64,000 nucleotides of DNA, taken from NCBI GenBank assembly GCA_964106915.2, contig OZ066914.1; one strand, written 5' to 3'. Position 1 is the stretch's first letter; the number at the start of each line of letters is the position of its first letter. A program made the position numbers and the translations under genes. Of this stretch, positions 11,482 to 32,998 are shown in pieces. The stretch is from Podarcis gaigeae. Lineage: Eukaryota. Below the pieces are notes generated by a model, which made no database searches, had not been told where the DNA came from, and saw only the letters and a program-made list of their open reading frames with translations.

Positions 11482-14346
11482 GCCTAGGGTTAAACTCCTT
11501 AACTGATTTGTTGTGTATCACCTAGGGCTGTAGAGATTGATGGGATTTGCTACTTTTCAGGCCATTTAGTGTTTGTCCCATCCAGTAGTTTACCTTGGTA
11601 ATCCTCAAAATAAACCTGGCAGGCCAGTATTACTCTGCTCCCATATTAGAAATGGGTGAGAAAGATGAAGCTGAGAGAGAAGCTCTTACTAAGGCCAAGC
11701 AGTGAATTAATAGTGGGGCTGAGCATTGGACTAGAGATCAAGCTCATTGCGTATGCTCTTAACCTTGCGCAGTGTAAAAGTGTGTGCCTCAGCATGTCTG
11801 ATACTGGTTCTAAGGCATGTCTGCACACTCATTGGTTCTCTGGTTTCAGAGCATCTCTTCCTTAGTTCCTGATGTGTTTGGATTTTCCCTAAGCTTGACT
11901 TGAATAATCAATCATATGGTTAATGTTAGATTTTTGAGAAGGTCCACTGTCATAACAAGTCACTTATATAGCTGTTTATAGCAGGAGAGCCTGACATATC
12001 AGACCCCCAATATTGTATATCTAAAGTCCATAGTGGAAAATGTTTTGTTTAATCACAAGTGTTTATAGCCCAATGGTAGCAGCTTTTTCTTTAACCATTG
12101 CATCAAACAGCCTTTTGCCAATGCCCACTCCTTCCTCTCTCCACTCCCCGGTAAGATTGAATGAAAACCGAGGGACATAAAGATGGTGTTTCGAAGTGGT
12201 TTCGTCAGCTTTGATGTGCATTGTAGCCACCATGACCTATTTCAAAATTAAGCATTGATTGATCCTGGTTTAAACAGGTTTTGCTTCAGGTTTAAGTGTA
12301 CTTGTTTGGCTACAATTGGAATCCTACAAAAAATAAAGTTTTATTGGTGAATCTTAACAGTTGAATTACCAGCTCTAGAGGAATGCATAGTATGCAGTTT
12401 GTCTAGTCTCCTCTCATCCTGATCAACTTTTTAAAGTGGTTAACTATCAAGTGGACTTTGCTCAAAGTCTAGACTAATTTCTTCTATGATGCTCCTGCCC
12501 ATTTTGTTGCACACACTTCTTGTGAGCTTGTCTTTTTACTGCCTGTGCTTGGGAGTAGGGACTGCGAAACAACAGTGCAACCCAACATTGGCATTGTTGA
12601 GCTTAGAGGAGGAGTTCTTTCTATGTACCTTGATAAAGAGTAGGAAGTAATCTGCAGTACAAGGTGGCATGGCAAACATCTAAGGGAAAGCATACACCTG
12701 TGTTTTCAAGTTGTTTCTGTTTTTGTCCCCAGCCTTTTCCCCTTTATCAGTGTGTGTTCTCTTCTTTGCTGCTCAGGATTTCTTCAAATGACTAGTTTTT
12801 CTAGGCTGAAGTCCTTGGCAGATGTCTACACCTGGATAAGGCAATTGCTGAAGGCTATGGGTGGTTCTACTAAATCACATGACCTGCTGTGTATAACTTT
12901 ATACAGAAATTGCTCTCTGTATAGTTGCTGTGTGCTTTTGCCAGCATCTAAATGGAGGTAGTTGTGGTGGAGAACAGACTTAGTGATCCCAAACTGGAAG
13001 CATCTTGATAAGTCTCGCCTGTGCTTACAATATGTCTGACAGAGGGCTGCAGAGATAGTATCTGAAACAGAAAACCTGGGATTAAAAGACTCTAATTTTA
13101 CAGAATGCATACTAGGGCTCTTCTTCTGGAGTGAGATCATGATTCTCCAAGTAGAAATGGGCAGGGTGTGCGAGGGTGTATGGAGAGAAACAATTTGCCA
13201 GCAATACTAGCTGGGTGAAGAAACATTCTGAGGAATGTGCCTATAGGGTGGTAATTACATTCTCAGAAACCAGCTATCAGTCTAAAGGGTTTGGGTTGTA
13301 AACCCAGCTAATGCTAGCAACATCCTTCCACTTGAGCCCATGAGCTCAGCGCTTTTCAGAAAGTGTCAATACAGAGATGACAATTTAATGCATATAGTGG
13401 AAACTTTGTTTTGCAGTTCTAGAATATTGTGACAGAAGCTGCATGGCCAAGAAGGGAGTATACTTCCCACACCAAGATTCTATTTTTCGTATAACACTAT
13501 CTTCTGTTACAAATCAATGTAAATATTTGTAATAAAACAAAGTAATGAGGAGGAAGCATTACGCAGGCACAATTACTACTGGAACCAAGTGGAAATCAGC
13601 GGTGGACCAGTTTTAAGAATTGCCAGCTAACTTCCTTTTTTCCAACAGGGATGTACCACAGTTAGCTCCTCATGCCCATTGTTTAGAAAGGGACGTTGGA
13701 ACAGTGTCTTGTTGCGGGGAAATAACACAGTTGCATCCTGCATTCCTAAACATTAAAGCTTTGGCAATGTGGCGAGGAACATAATTGTGCTATAATGTCA
13801 TCTTGTTTCTGTGAGCTGTTGTATGGCTTCAAACAGTCTTTTTTCAATATGTGAAAAAGATAAATTGGCGCGTCTGGAAAAAAACTGTCTAGCTTAACTT
13901 TCTCAGATGGTCACTTTTAAGTTGGTTTTCTTTTTGTTTTAAATGGGGGAAGAGCCAGGCAAGCACATCCCACATGCAGCTGGAAGTGGTCCAGAACCCC
14001 TTGGTTCTGCTGATCGGCATGAGAGGGTAAATAGATAACGTTATTAGATCAGACTCTGGTTTTATGATGTGCCAAACCTTTAAAGTAGCTGTGGTTGATG
14101 GGAGTTGGAGAGCGCCAAACATTTGGAAGGTACCAAGTCAGCAAAGGCTGTTCTAAAGCAAAATTCCCATGTGAAGCATGGGCTAAGCAGATCTGGTTGG
14201 TGGCATCTCACTCTAGCCCAGGACAGATCATAAGGAAGAAAGTGGCATCATATATGGTTAGAGGCATAGACTGCAGAGGAGTGAAAAGCTGTTACTGGCA
14301 ACTTCTCATCAATCAGTAGGAAGATCCAGATATAAAACATACAGAG

Positions 14347-14500
14347 ATAATAATAATAATAATTTATTATTTATACCCCGCCCATCTGGCTGAGTTTCCC
14401 CAGCCACTCTGGGCGGCTTCCAATCGAGTGTTAAAAATAATACAGCATTAAATATTAAAAACTTCCTTAAACAGGGCTGCCTTCAGATGTCTTTTAAAGA
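14347..14500 (-). mobile_element. L2 LINE 3' end
   Basis: Short (TAA)n tail followed by tttataccccgcccatctggctg...gggcggct, the squamate L2 3' terminus in reverse. Confidence 0.6.
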
Positions 14501-15026
14501 TGTCCATGTTGCACAGCTGGAAAGTTAAAAGCTTTAAGACCTAATTGGGGGAAAGTACAGTGAGTTGGAAGGGCACCTCCAGAGGCTCACAGAGGCTACG
14601 CTTTGAAAGAGAGCCGTCACTATACTTTTTAGAATGTATCTCTAAGTACTGTACTTGGGATTTTCTGAGTAGTTACTTCCATTCCACTGGCACTAACCAT
14701 CCTTCAAATGGTGTTTCTGTTTGAGGACTAAATGGTACATTTTGTTTAATGTTGAGAGAGCTGATAAATCAGTTAAATCTGGGCTCCTTTCCATGCTGAG
14801 GGAAATGTCGTCATCAAGTTTTTTTTTCCATAATTTACCATTTATTAAGGAAAATAATAAAACACAGAAAATTAGTAACTATTTGTTATGAATCATGCCA
14901 ATTTTTGTAAATCAACAGTCATGAAAAAAATCATGGTAACATGTCTGAGCACATCTAAATGCATAGGTTTTTAACTCCATTCTGTACTTTCACTTTCAGC
15001 AAATTTGAATCAATATCTTAACATCT

Positions 15027-15625
15027 TTTTAAAAAATATTTTTATTAAAGTTTTCTTGGTTTACAAAGGTATGTGCAATGTCTGTTTTTTCAAGTTACAT
15101 TTTCCATAGGTCATTTTCATTTGTTGAGACATTAGGGTTACATTAGGAAGAAAAGGGGGGGGAGAGGTGGAGGGGGGAAAGGTGAGTGGGGGTGGGGTCA
15201 GGAGGTGATGTTTCTAATTTGTTTAATGTATGTGTGGGGTTTTGTGTCAGCGTCGCTTGTGCAGGTTCTCTTTGCTATTCGCTTGTGTTCCTTTGGTGGT
15301 GAGAGAAGTTGGGGTTGGCCTAAGGTGCGGTTGCTTGTTTGTGATTGGCTGTGTTGAACTTTGTTTTCATGTGTGAGTGGGGTGTGTGTGTGTTTTTGAA
15401 TCAGGTTAGCTGTATTGATTCGTATGCTGTTGGTGGATTCTTGTCGTTGTCTTGTTGGGCTGTGTATGTGATAAAGGGGAGTCATGCCGGGGTAAAGGTA
15501 TCTTCTTCTATTTGTCCCCTTGTCAGTTTCAGGTTTTTCATGGATGGTGGGCCCTCCCGACTCAGCTCTTCCATCTGCTGTTCCCAGGCATGTTTCTCCC
15601 CGCACTCCTTTTCCCCTCCCCAACC
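15027..15625 (-). mobile_element. L1/Tx1-like LINE 3' fragment
   Basis: Minus-strand AATAAA and A-rich end; remnant translation ...NLKLTRGQIEEDTFTPA*LPFITY... resembles an L1 ORF2 C-terminus (W.PF..Y). Confidence 0.45.
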
Positions 15626-16008
15626 AAAGAGGCCTCTGAATTCTGCAGAATAGGCTGTGTACAGCTGTTGGTCTCTAGGGTTCTACTTCTGGATGGCTCT
15701 GAACTTTGCCTTTCATGTTGTTTTGGATTTTCTTCTTGGAGGAAGTAATTGAGTAAACTAGTTAATAGCAGCAGAAGTGTGAACAATGAATCTCTCTATC
15801 ATCAAAGCAGAGGAACTGATTACAATGAGTAACAGAAAAATGGAGTTAGAGTAAATACCCCCCTTTCCTTTCCTTTTGCTCCATTTTGTAATAGCTACAC
15901 AGCCCTTCATATTAATGAATCCCAATAAATGTATCTTTGTCTTCACAAAGTTTTTTTTAAAGAGTTTTGTTCTGATATAATAGCTTAGAAGTCCCCCCCT
16001 CCAAAATA

Positions 16009-16234
16009 CAGTGGTACCTCAGGTTACAGACGCTTCAGGTTACAGACTCCGCTAGCCCAGAAATATTATCTCGGGTTAAGAACTTTGCTTCAGGATGAGA
16101 ACAGACATTGTGCTCTGGCGGTGCAGCGGCAGCGGGAGGCCCCATTAGCTAAAGTGGTGCTTCAGGTTAAGAACAGTTTCAGGTTAAGAACAGACCTCTG
16201 GAACGAATTAAGTACTTAACCCGAGGTACCACTG
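16009..16234 (+). mobile_element. Tc1/mariner-type MITE, young family copy 1
   Basis: TA-CAGTGGTACCTC...GAGGTACCACTG-TA; highly similar to copies at 35203, 36047 and 48356. Confidence 0.9.
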
Positions 16235-19200
16235 TATAGGGATTATTATATCAGGCAGTGTTCACCTGGCTGGTGCTTTGAAGTGCTGGAACACATTCAG
16301 TTGTTCCCTGAGTACATCGGGCACAACTAAAAGGTAAAAATGTATGTTCTGTATGTTAGTAATAATAAACAGAGTTGTCTGGTAGTCTGACCGGGAAACT
16401 TGCTTGGGTACATGACTGAAGCAAATATTGACTGCAGCTAAACCTAGAGCAATTTCTACATTACAGAAATAGGTAAAAAAAAAAATCCTCTGTACTGAAA
16501 AGAACCACGAATCTTCACAGTGAAACAAGTCATCAAACTCTCCAAACTGTAAATAGGACTTGGTGGCCAATATTTTCTTCTTTTTGCAGTGATTCCTAAT
16601 GTAAATAAAACACATTAAATATAGTCCCACAAACTATTTTAAGTCTGTAAATATGTTTTTAAAAATGAAATATCCATGTGCAATGGGTTGAAAATTATAA
16701 TTTTTGCCCCATGGTTTGGTGTTTTGTTTTTTGGTTAATGCACAATTTTTCTGCTCTACTTGGCTCCTCTTGTTCCTTGGCTAGGGCACAGTACACAGAT
16801 TGTGTCATCATTGTTCATAAAAGCACTTGTAATCAATGAGAATGCCATGGCAAATAACAGGAATTCTAAGGGAAACATGAGGAATGCATGCAGTTTTTGC
16901 TACTGATCCAGTTATGTCTTTGGTTCAGTTGTTTTAGGAAGAGGTTGAAGAATGTATGAATCATTTGCAATTTATCAATTAGAGAAAAGCCTCACTGTGT
17001 TTGTGTTTGTTGTGCTACAGTAGCTTTCCCCCAACCCAGTGCCCTGTAGTCAAAAATATCTGGAAAGCACTAGATTGGGGGAGGCTGCATTATAACAAGA
17101 AAGGTTGGTTTAAATATTAGGGAAACTATCTGACTCTGATGTAAGCTGCCAAATAGGAAAGCAGGACAGCCAAGCTTTTTGAGGCTTGTCTAGAAGTGAA
17201 TGGATCCTGTCCTCTGAGGGATGGTTTGGGAATGAACTCACTCCTACAACATAGAGACGGGAGGGAGCAGATTGGTTAAATTTATTGAGCTGGAAGTGAT
17301 CTGGCTTTCATAAGTAAGTTGACATTGAGGTTAGAAATGTACATGACACAAATGGCAAAATGCTTTGAAAGTACTGCAGAACTGTAACACAGCTGATTCA
17401 TCTGGAGATGAGTCAGGAGAAGTGATACCATTACATATTAAAGTTAAAAATACCCCACCTTCAGCTGATGAGGGTGGTAACAAGCAAATATTTAGCTGTG
17501 AGCACATATGCTATAAAATGGTACTATTTAGGTGCTTGGAGAAAGCTGAGGATTTATTCTCTCACCTATTTCTGCATTAATGAATTAATGGTGTCTTTTC
17601 CTTTAGATGTGGCACATTTGTTCACTTTCAGAGATAATGAAAGAAAGGTGGAAGCTGGAGAGCTCTAATTTCTCAATTGAGCAATATCTATCTTGTTCCC
17701 CACTTGGATTGAAGGCAAAATAAAATGTATGGTTGTCTGTAGAACTGCTGTGGACTGCATTCTGAATAAATTGGTGTCTGTTGGCAATACGAATTACAGT
17801 ATCCTGAAACTAAGAAAATTATATGCTTAATGTTAGAGAAACATCTACGAAGTCATAGCTTTGGAGACGGGCTGGCTAAGCATATAAAGTCTAGTACAGA
17901 TTTTTGAGGTACATAAATATATTGGGCCCATATTACTGACTATCAGGAGCACAGAGGAGTGTTGAGTCTTTGATCTGGCAAGCTGGTCTGTTTAGATTGG
18001 AGACATCCAATATGGTTCCATTTGCAGTTATTAACTGCTTGGAGATTTAAGAAGCTGAGTGTCCTGAAATCCCTTAAGTTGACTCTTCTCTGGCTTGCTG
18101 TTTTGCCAAGGTTTCTGATGTGGAAATGTCATCTCCTGCTTGGAAGATGTGTCACTTGTGGGACTGGAACACTTACCGGTAGCTAAATCTTCTCTGAAAC
18201 TGGATCAGGCATTTGAAATAGGCATAGATTCCAAGGGAGAGGCCGGGAAATGCTCGTTCCTGGCTGCTTTCTCAACCAGGTGACTCTTCCTTAGGGAGTG
18301 CCCCCTGGACAAGGAAAAACACCCATTGCACAAGTGTGCATGCATAGGATTTACTTGCTGCTGTTCAGCACAAGAGCAACAGCTCCTTTGTTGAATACTA
18401 GCTTATCAAGCTCCTCTTCAAAAAGAATACTGTGTTTGAAAGCTTTACTGTGCCATAGCTGCAGCCCACAAAGTGAACTTTGGGTCACTCCAAAAATGTG
18501 AGTACTAGTGTTTCTTTATGTGTCATCTTAAAGGCCCTATGGATTAACTACAGGTGGCAGCAATGCAAATCTTAAAATTTTATCTAAGCAGTACAGGTAT
18601 TTCCTGTTGCTTTGCTTGTTTCTTTACTGAATGATGACATGTTTCTTGCTTTTTGTTTTCTTTGTTATTGGTGTCTAATTTGTATTGCGTGCAATGTACT
18701 TTTGTTGGTTTGTTTGATTATATTATATTAAGTCTCAATAATACGTTGTAAAATCTAAACTAAGATTATTTATAATTGAAGTTGATACAGAACAGCCTCT
18801 GCTCCTCACCACAAAGTTTGCCATTAGCTCTTGGTGGCTGTTGCTCCGTCACTTGTGCTCACATCCTGGCTAGTATTGTCAGCAGGTCTTCTTGTGACAC
18901 AAGGTGGGCAGGGAAGATAGAGAACACAGCGGGGACCTGAAAAGGTTTCTTGTCTTGGAATCCACTTTCCCAGAGGTCTACTGAAAGCTGGCTTTATTCT
19001 TGTTTATTTGCAGAATAATTAATATTAATAGTATAATAATGACTGTGGGTAATGTGGTTTCAATGGAGTGATTGAGAAAATATTCCTGAAGTATGAAGAG
19101 AAAGTAAGTAATGAGTAGGTAGGGGTCCTGCAGGTCCTAAGTAGAACCATGTCAGGCTGGATCCCTTACTCCAGTTTGGAAACACTGGAACATGAGATTA

Positions 19201-22200
19201 TCCCAGTTGACAAACCTCATTGGACTTTGAACCCCAAGTCCCGTAAAGATTACCTCTATCTGATGTGTGCTGCACGTTTGGATGCAACATAGAGTAATAA
19301 AATTCATTAGCTTTTATCTGGTCACAATAGGTTGGATACCCAGTGGGCAGCTTGTCTGTTGGTGTGTGCTGCTGCCAACCACAGAGGCACCGAGTGGAAA
19401 AGCTTCAGGTGGTTGCACTTTTCTTAAACTTCCACTCAAGTGCCCAGGCACCACCTGGGTGTATTAAAGGGTGGTGCACAGGGAGAGGTTCTGTTTTCAG
19501 TAAACCTATACAGGTGGATAATTTATAGCCAGGCTTCCTGGAATGTGTGGGCATGTGACAACAGCAGTCCATATGTTTAAAAGCTATAGGTCAAATAATT
19601 CAAGTAATGAGGAATCCCCCCCCCCCTTAAATTCTGGCTTGTTCTGTGTTTGCCTCCCAACGCAAACATTCTCAGCTTTAACTCTAGAAACTGAAGAACT
19701 AGATGTTTTAATTTGTTTGATTTGGCATCTTAAAGTCATTTAAATAACCCCTGAGCGGCAGATTCGGGACTATGTTTTTTGTGAATTTGGTGTTACAGAA
19801 TGGTAGCTTGGACCTAGAGTTTGTATGTTCAAAAAACAAAAGAAACTCAGACAGGGAGAAAGTGCTTATAATTTGAGAGGGAGGAGGGTGTTGGAGGGGC
19901 ACAATTACTATAGTTAGAGAAACCCAATCCACTGTAGAGGAGTTAACCTTTCCCAAACAAGTATATTTAAGTTCTTAAAGCAAAAACAAAATGACTGGGC
20001 TACCCCATGGGTCACTGCTACAGCAACTTGACTTCTTAATTATTACACTCTGGGCTCTCCCTAGTTTAGCTCGCAAGGAATCAGCAGTTGTGTTGATATG
20101 TTTAATAACTTAAGTGGTCCCTGTATGAGCATCCCCACATGGTGCTGTGCATAAGTCAATATATATTCTGCCTGCAGAAGTTTGCAGCATTGCTTGGGGC
20201 CCAGTCAGAGCAAATCCAGCTGGGTAAACTTCATTTCCTAGCTTTTCAGATAGAAGAAATCACTTGTTGACTCAAATTATGTGGAAGCTGAATTTTGATT
20301 GTCCAAAGGATATTTATTGTTCAAGGAGTGTTGTTTTTATTTAAAAATGAGATGCATCTTTGAAAACCATAAATAAGCATCATTTTTATCTTGGCTGTAG
20401 GATGCCCAGAGGAGGAAGTCAGGCAGGTGGGAGAGCTGGGCTGTGGGCCAGTGCTGCCTGGACAGGAGATCCATGTTTGTGTTGGCTCCTTCCGGTTGGT
20501 GAGGAGCTGTTGCTTTGTACAGCTGTCCTGACCGGGCCTTTTCATACCACCCTGATACTTCTAAACTCTGGGGTAATATCTTTTTACACTAGGACTTGGC
20601 ATATTTCCAGTATATTTGCTAGAGATTGACACCTTGGATTGCAGGGGGTAGCTGCTCCTGTTTCTATATTTGAGGGTGCCCCTCCCTAGATTCTGCTGAA
20701 ACTGAGAAGTACACTCTGGGTGAGAGGGTTTTCTTAGTTGTCAGATGAAGTAGCTATATTTGAGTCAGACCAGTGAGAATTGGCTACAAAGCTGTGTTGG
20801 CTCCACTTTTTCCAGTGTACTAAGCAAGCCCTTTAAGAACCTAGAGACGTCCCTTCCATCCCTTGGTATCTGGCAGCCTTGTGTTTGGGTATGTAAATCT
20901 GTAATGAAACTGGGACTCTTAAAACGTGTGTGAGGGAATGTGAGCCTAGTTTGTTGGGACGGAGTCTTCAGGCTTGCTTGGTAGCTGATTTAACTTCCTT
21001 GGTGGTAAGGTGAGCTAGGGCTGTTAGGAGTTTTCAGTACCTAAACCAGGAGCGTGCATTTTAAAAACGCTTTCCCATGTAACAGGAGAGGGCCGATGTG
21101 GCAACATAGCAGTGGCTTAATCTCCTTCTGTTTGGGTGCCAGTTTTTCTCTGAAGGATCTCTCGGAGCATTCAGTATCATGGAAACTATTGCCACAAGCG
21201 TTTGAAGGGAGGATGAAACCCAGTCCTTTGTGCCATGGGAGCTCTGCCTTGCCATGGGAGCAAGCTGGATACCTTTCCAGGGTGTGGGGGAGCTTTTTAT
21301 AGCAAGGAATGTGCAAGAGGCAATGAGCAACAGTCAAGTATGTCCATCAGTCATTAACCATGAGCTAACCTTTATAATGAGCTATGATAATGGAATCCTC
21401 CTGTCACCAAAACAGGCTGTGGAGGGTGCCTGGGAACCTCTATTTTTGCTGTATACATTACATGCATGCCAGCTGAGACCACTGACACAGTCTTACTAGA
21501 ATTGTAGTGACTAAATAAGCATGTGTATATTGCCGAGTGAATATCTAGGAAAGTGAGACCGAGGAAGTGGTTTTAGGGTAGCATGACCAGTGCGCCAGAA
21601 CAATGCTATAGGACAGAGCACAAGAGGTAGGGGTGCCAGGTGCCACTAAAATTTGAGAGCCCAAAGTCTGCCACTGGAGGCTGCTAGGGTGGAAACTGAG
21701 CAAATGCATTACAGTGGAGCCACTCTTGTGGTGGTAAGATATAACTATGGTCTGCTTAAACCCAAGAGCTCAAGCGCTGACAATATTATTTTGTCCTGTT
21801 AAACAGCTTGGTAAGTTCTTTTCCTTCCAGAAAGGGAACAAACAAAAGTCTTTTGATAATACCGTAAGAATCAAGGCAGTCTGCAGAACCTTGGAGATTG
21901 ACTGATGACATTAGCTTTTTGTAGGCAATGTAGTAATTCTGAATATTACATAGGGGCTTGGATGTACTGAAACGACACATCTAGTCCCTTAAAAATCTAT
22001 ATACAGTGTTCCTCAGTGGATTCAGCTGTTGCAGGAGCAGCTTCCAGATTTCTCCCCTGGGATAGAGATCCCTTACCAGAGATGCCTCCCACACTCCTGA
22101 CTGTGAACTGAATTGGAAAAGTAGGCAGCTGGGGTGAATGTGCCTTTGTACGCTTGGGCATGTCCCAGTCTGGCCCTAACCCAACTCCTCCCAGCATCAC

Positions 22201-22475
22201 AGAAAAGACTTGTCCTGTAAGTACTTTGTGCTACTAGTGGTCTTGTATGTGAAGATTCCTCCACAAGGAACCAGAAGGCCTACCTCATTCTTGTCCCTGT
22301 AGATAGTGACCGACATTCCTATATAATGGGGCTAGCCTGTTTGGGTTTGGATGACACTCTACTTTTCTGTGTCTCATTGGAATTGCCATGCTCTGCTACA
22401 TATACAGTTATTTTGCTTTTCTTCCCAGCTGCTCCAAAATCTGCAAAAATTCTCTGCTGCAAGGAAACCAGAGTG

Positions 22476-31282
<8,807 letters not shown>

Positions 31283-31465
31283 TTGCTTCCTCCCTTCCCC
31301 CTTAAGGTGTGCACCCTGCAAGCATTTTCTCCAGAGGTCATCAAATCATTGGCCTCCAACTTGCATCAAAAACCATGAAAACAATCTGGAACTTTCTGAG
31401 GACACTCTTATTGTAACCAATGCTTCCTTTTAAACATCTAGAATTATGGTGATGATTTTTTTTCT

Positions 31466-31471
31466 AATAAA
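31466..31471 (+). terminator. Candidate proximal poly(A) signal of PACSIN3
   Basis: AATAAA ~185 nt after the stop; a further AATAAA at 32883-32888. Confidence 0.4.
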
Positions 31472-31610
31472 GGTATATAAAATTTTCTGAATCCTGTGCA
31501 TTATAATGGAATAGAAGGTGGAAAATGCCCCGTGAAGCGCAAAGCACCCAAACTCCTTTCCTCTTCTGTGCAGCGATTCCAACAAGCCTATTGTCTGCCA
31601 GCTGAATAAG

Positions 31611-31650
31611 TAGCAGTTGCTCTAAAAACGTAGCAGTTGCTCTAAAAACG
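31611..31650. repeat. Perfect 20-bp tandem duplication
   Basis: (TAGCAGTTGCTCTAAAAACG)x2. Confidence 0.85.
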
Positions 31651-32365
31651 AACATTAAAGGATAGTTAGAAGCCAACTGTGGAATGGCAACTCTCCGGCA
31701 GCTTATTCCTAGGCAAGGGTCAAACTAGCCATCTCAATTGCACCCCAACTACCTGTCTAGCAACTATATTACATAAGCTCCTATCCCAACTGCTGAATCT
31801 GTTGATAGTTTGCAGTACTGACTTCATATGGAAGCGAGGTATTGAAAACTATGCTGTTAAGTGCAACTAGGATCTGATATGACTGTTACAGGACAAACCA
31901 TAGTATCCTTCAGTATAGTCACACTGATTAGATGGAAAGCACTCAAACAGGCATTATGTTTGTGGTAACAGATGTACATCAACTATACATGTAGGGCTCC
32001 TGTGCTACATCAGGATAGTTGTGAGGAGGAGGTGCTAGTGGTGTTCAGAACCACCCAAGGACGGTTTGCACAGAATGAATAGCACAGCATTTCGGCCTAT
32101 AATTGACTGCTAAGAACTGCCTTCGCCTCACTTCTTCACATGCCCATGGAGCTATTTTTACAGAGCACCACTGTTAGGCAGTGGACCACTTTGGGTCGGG
32201 TCCTCAGCAATCTTGCAAGAAGTTGCAAAGATCACTTGCTGCAGTTGGTGTCTTTTATGTAGCAAACATGTTTTGCCTCGGGGTTGAAGTTTTGCAACAG
32301 GTGCAAGTCTGTTGAAATATGGAGTGCAGCTGTTGCAACAAGTAATCACTCTCATTCCTGTGCTG

Positions 32366-32371
32366 TTTATT
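32366..32371 (-). terminator. Candidate poly(A) signal of the THAP9-like gene
   Basis: TTTATT on + (AATAAA on -), ~630 nt downstream of the stop at 32999. Confidence 0.4.
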
Positions 32372-32689
32372 GACCTGGCCCAAGGCTTCAGCCACTTGGT
32401 GCTGGACTTTGCTTCTTGATAGCCAAAGGTCAAGAGTTATGTTCTAATCTGGGCTGCTGCCTCAGCTTTGCTTCTACAGACCAGAGGTGGGGTTGGTAGC
32501 AAAAGTGCTGGGCAAGGGGGAAGTCCCAATTTTGGGGACTAGTTGGAAAAAAGGCATATGGTTCTTAAAACTCCAGAACTGGGACTGCACAACAAAGGAA
32601 GCCATGATAAGTCCATAAGCGAAATTCCAATATCCACTCGGGAAACAACTTTATAAAGACCAGCTTTGCCAATGTAAATAGGATACCAA

Positions 32690-32758
32690 TATTCCTGCAA
32701 TGTGGGGGGCTGGACTAGATGATCCTTGGGGTCTCTTCCAATTCTACAATTCTGTGAT
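32690..32758 (+). mobile_element. Short CR1 LINE 3' end
   Basis: gggctggactagatgatcc...ttccaattctacaattctgtgat, a CR1 terminus with ATTCTRTG-like repeat. Confidence 0.7.
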
Positions 32759-32998
32759 CCCCATGCTGTAAGCCCTGCAAAAATGCTTCTCAAAGGCACA
32801 CACACATCACTTTCATGTGAAAAGTTAGAATGACCTTCCTGCATGTCAGTTCCGCGTGGCCCTCCCTGCCTGTGTCCGCTCCAATAAAAAACCCAAGTGC
32901 AAAGCAGCCTCGTAGTTTTCTACCAGCTTGCAGCATATCATAAGCTACCGCTTCTCTTACAAGGCCACGTAAACATAAGCATTCAGCTTCCCACACCA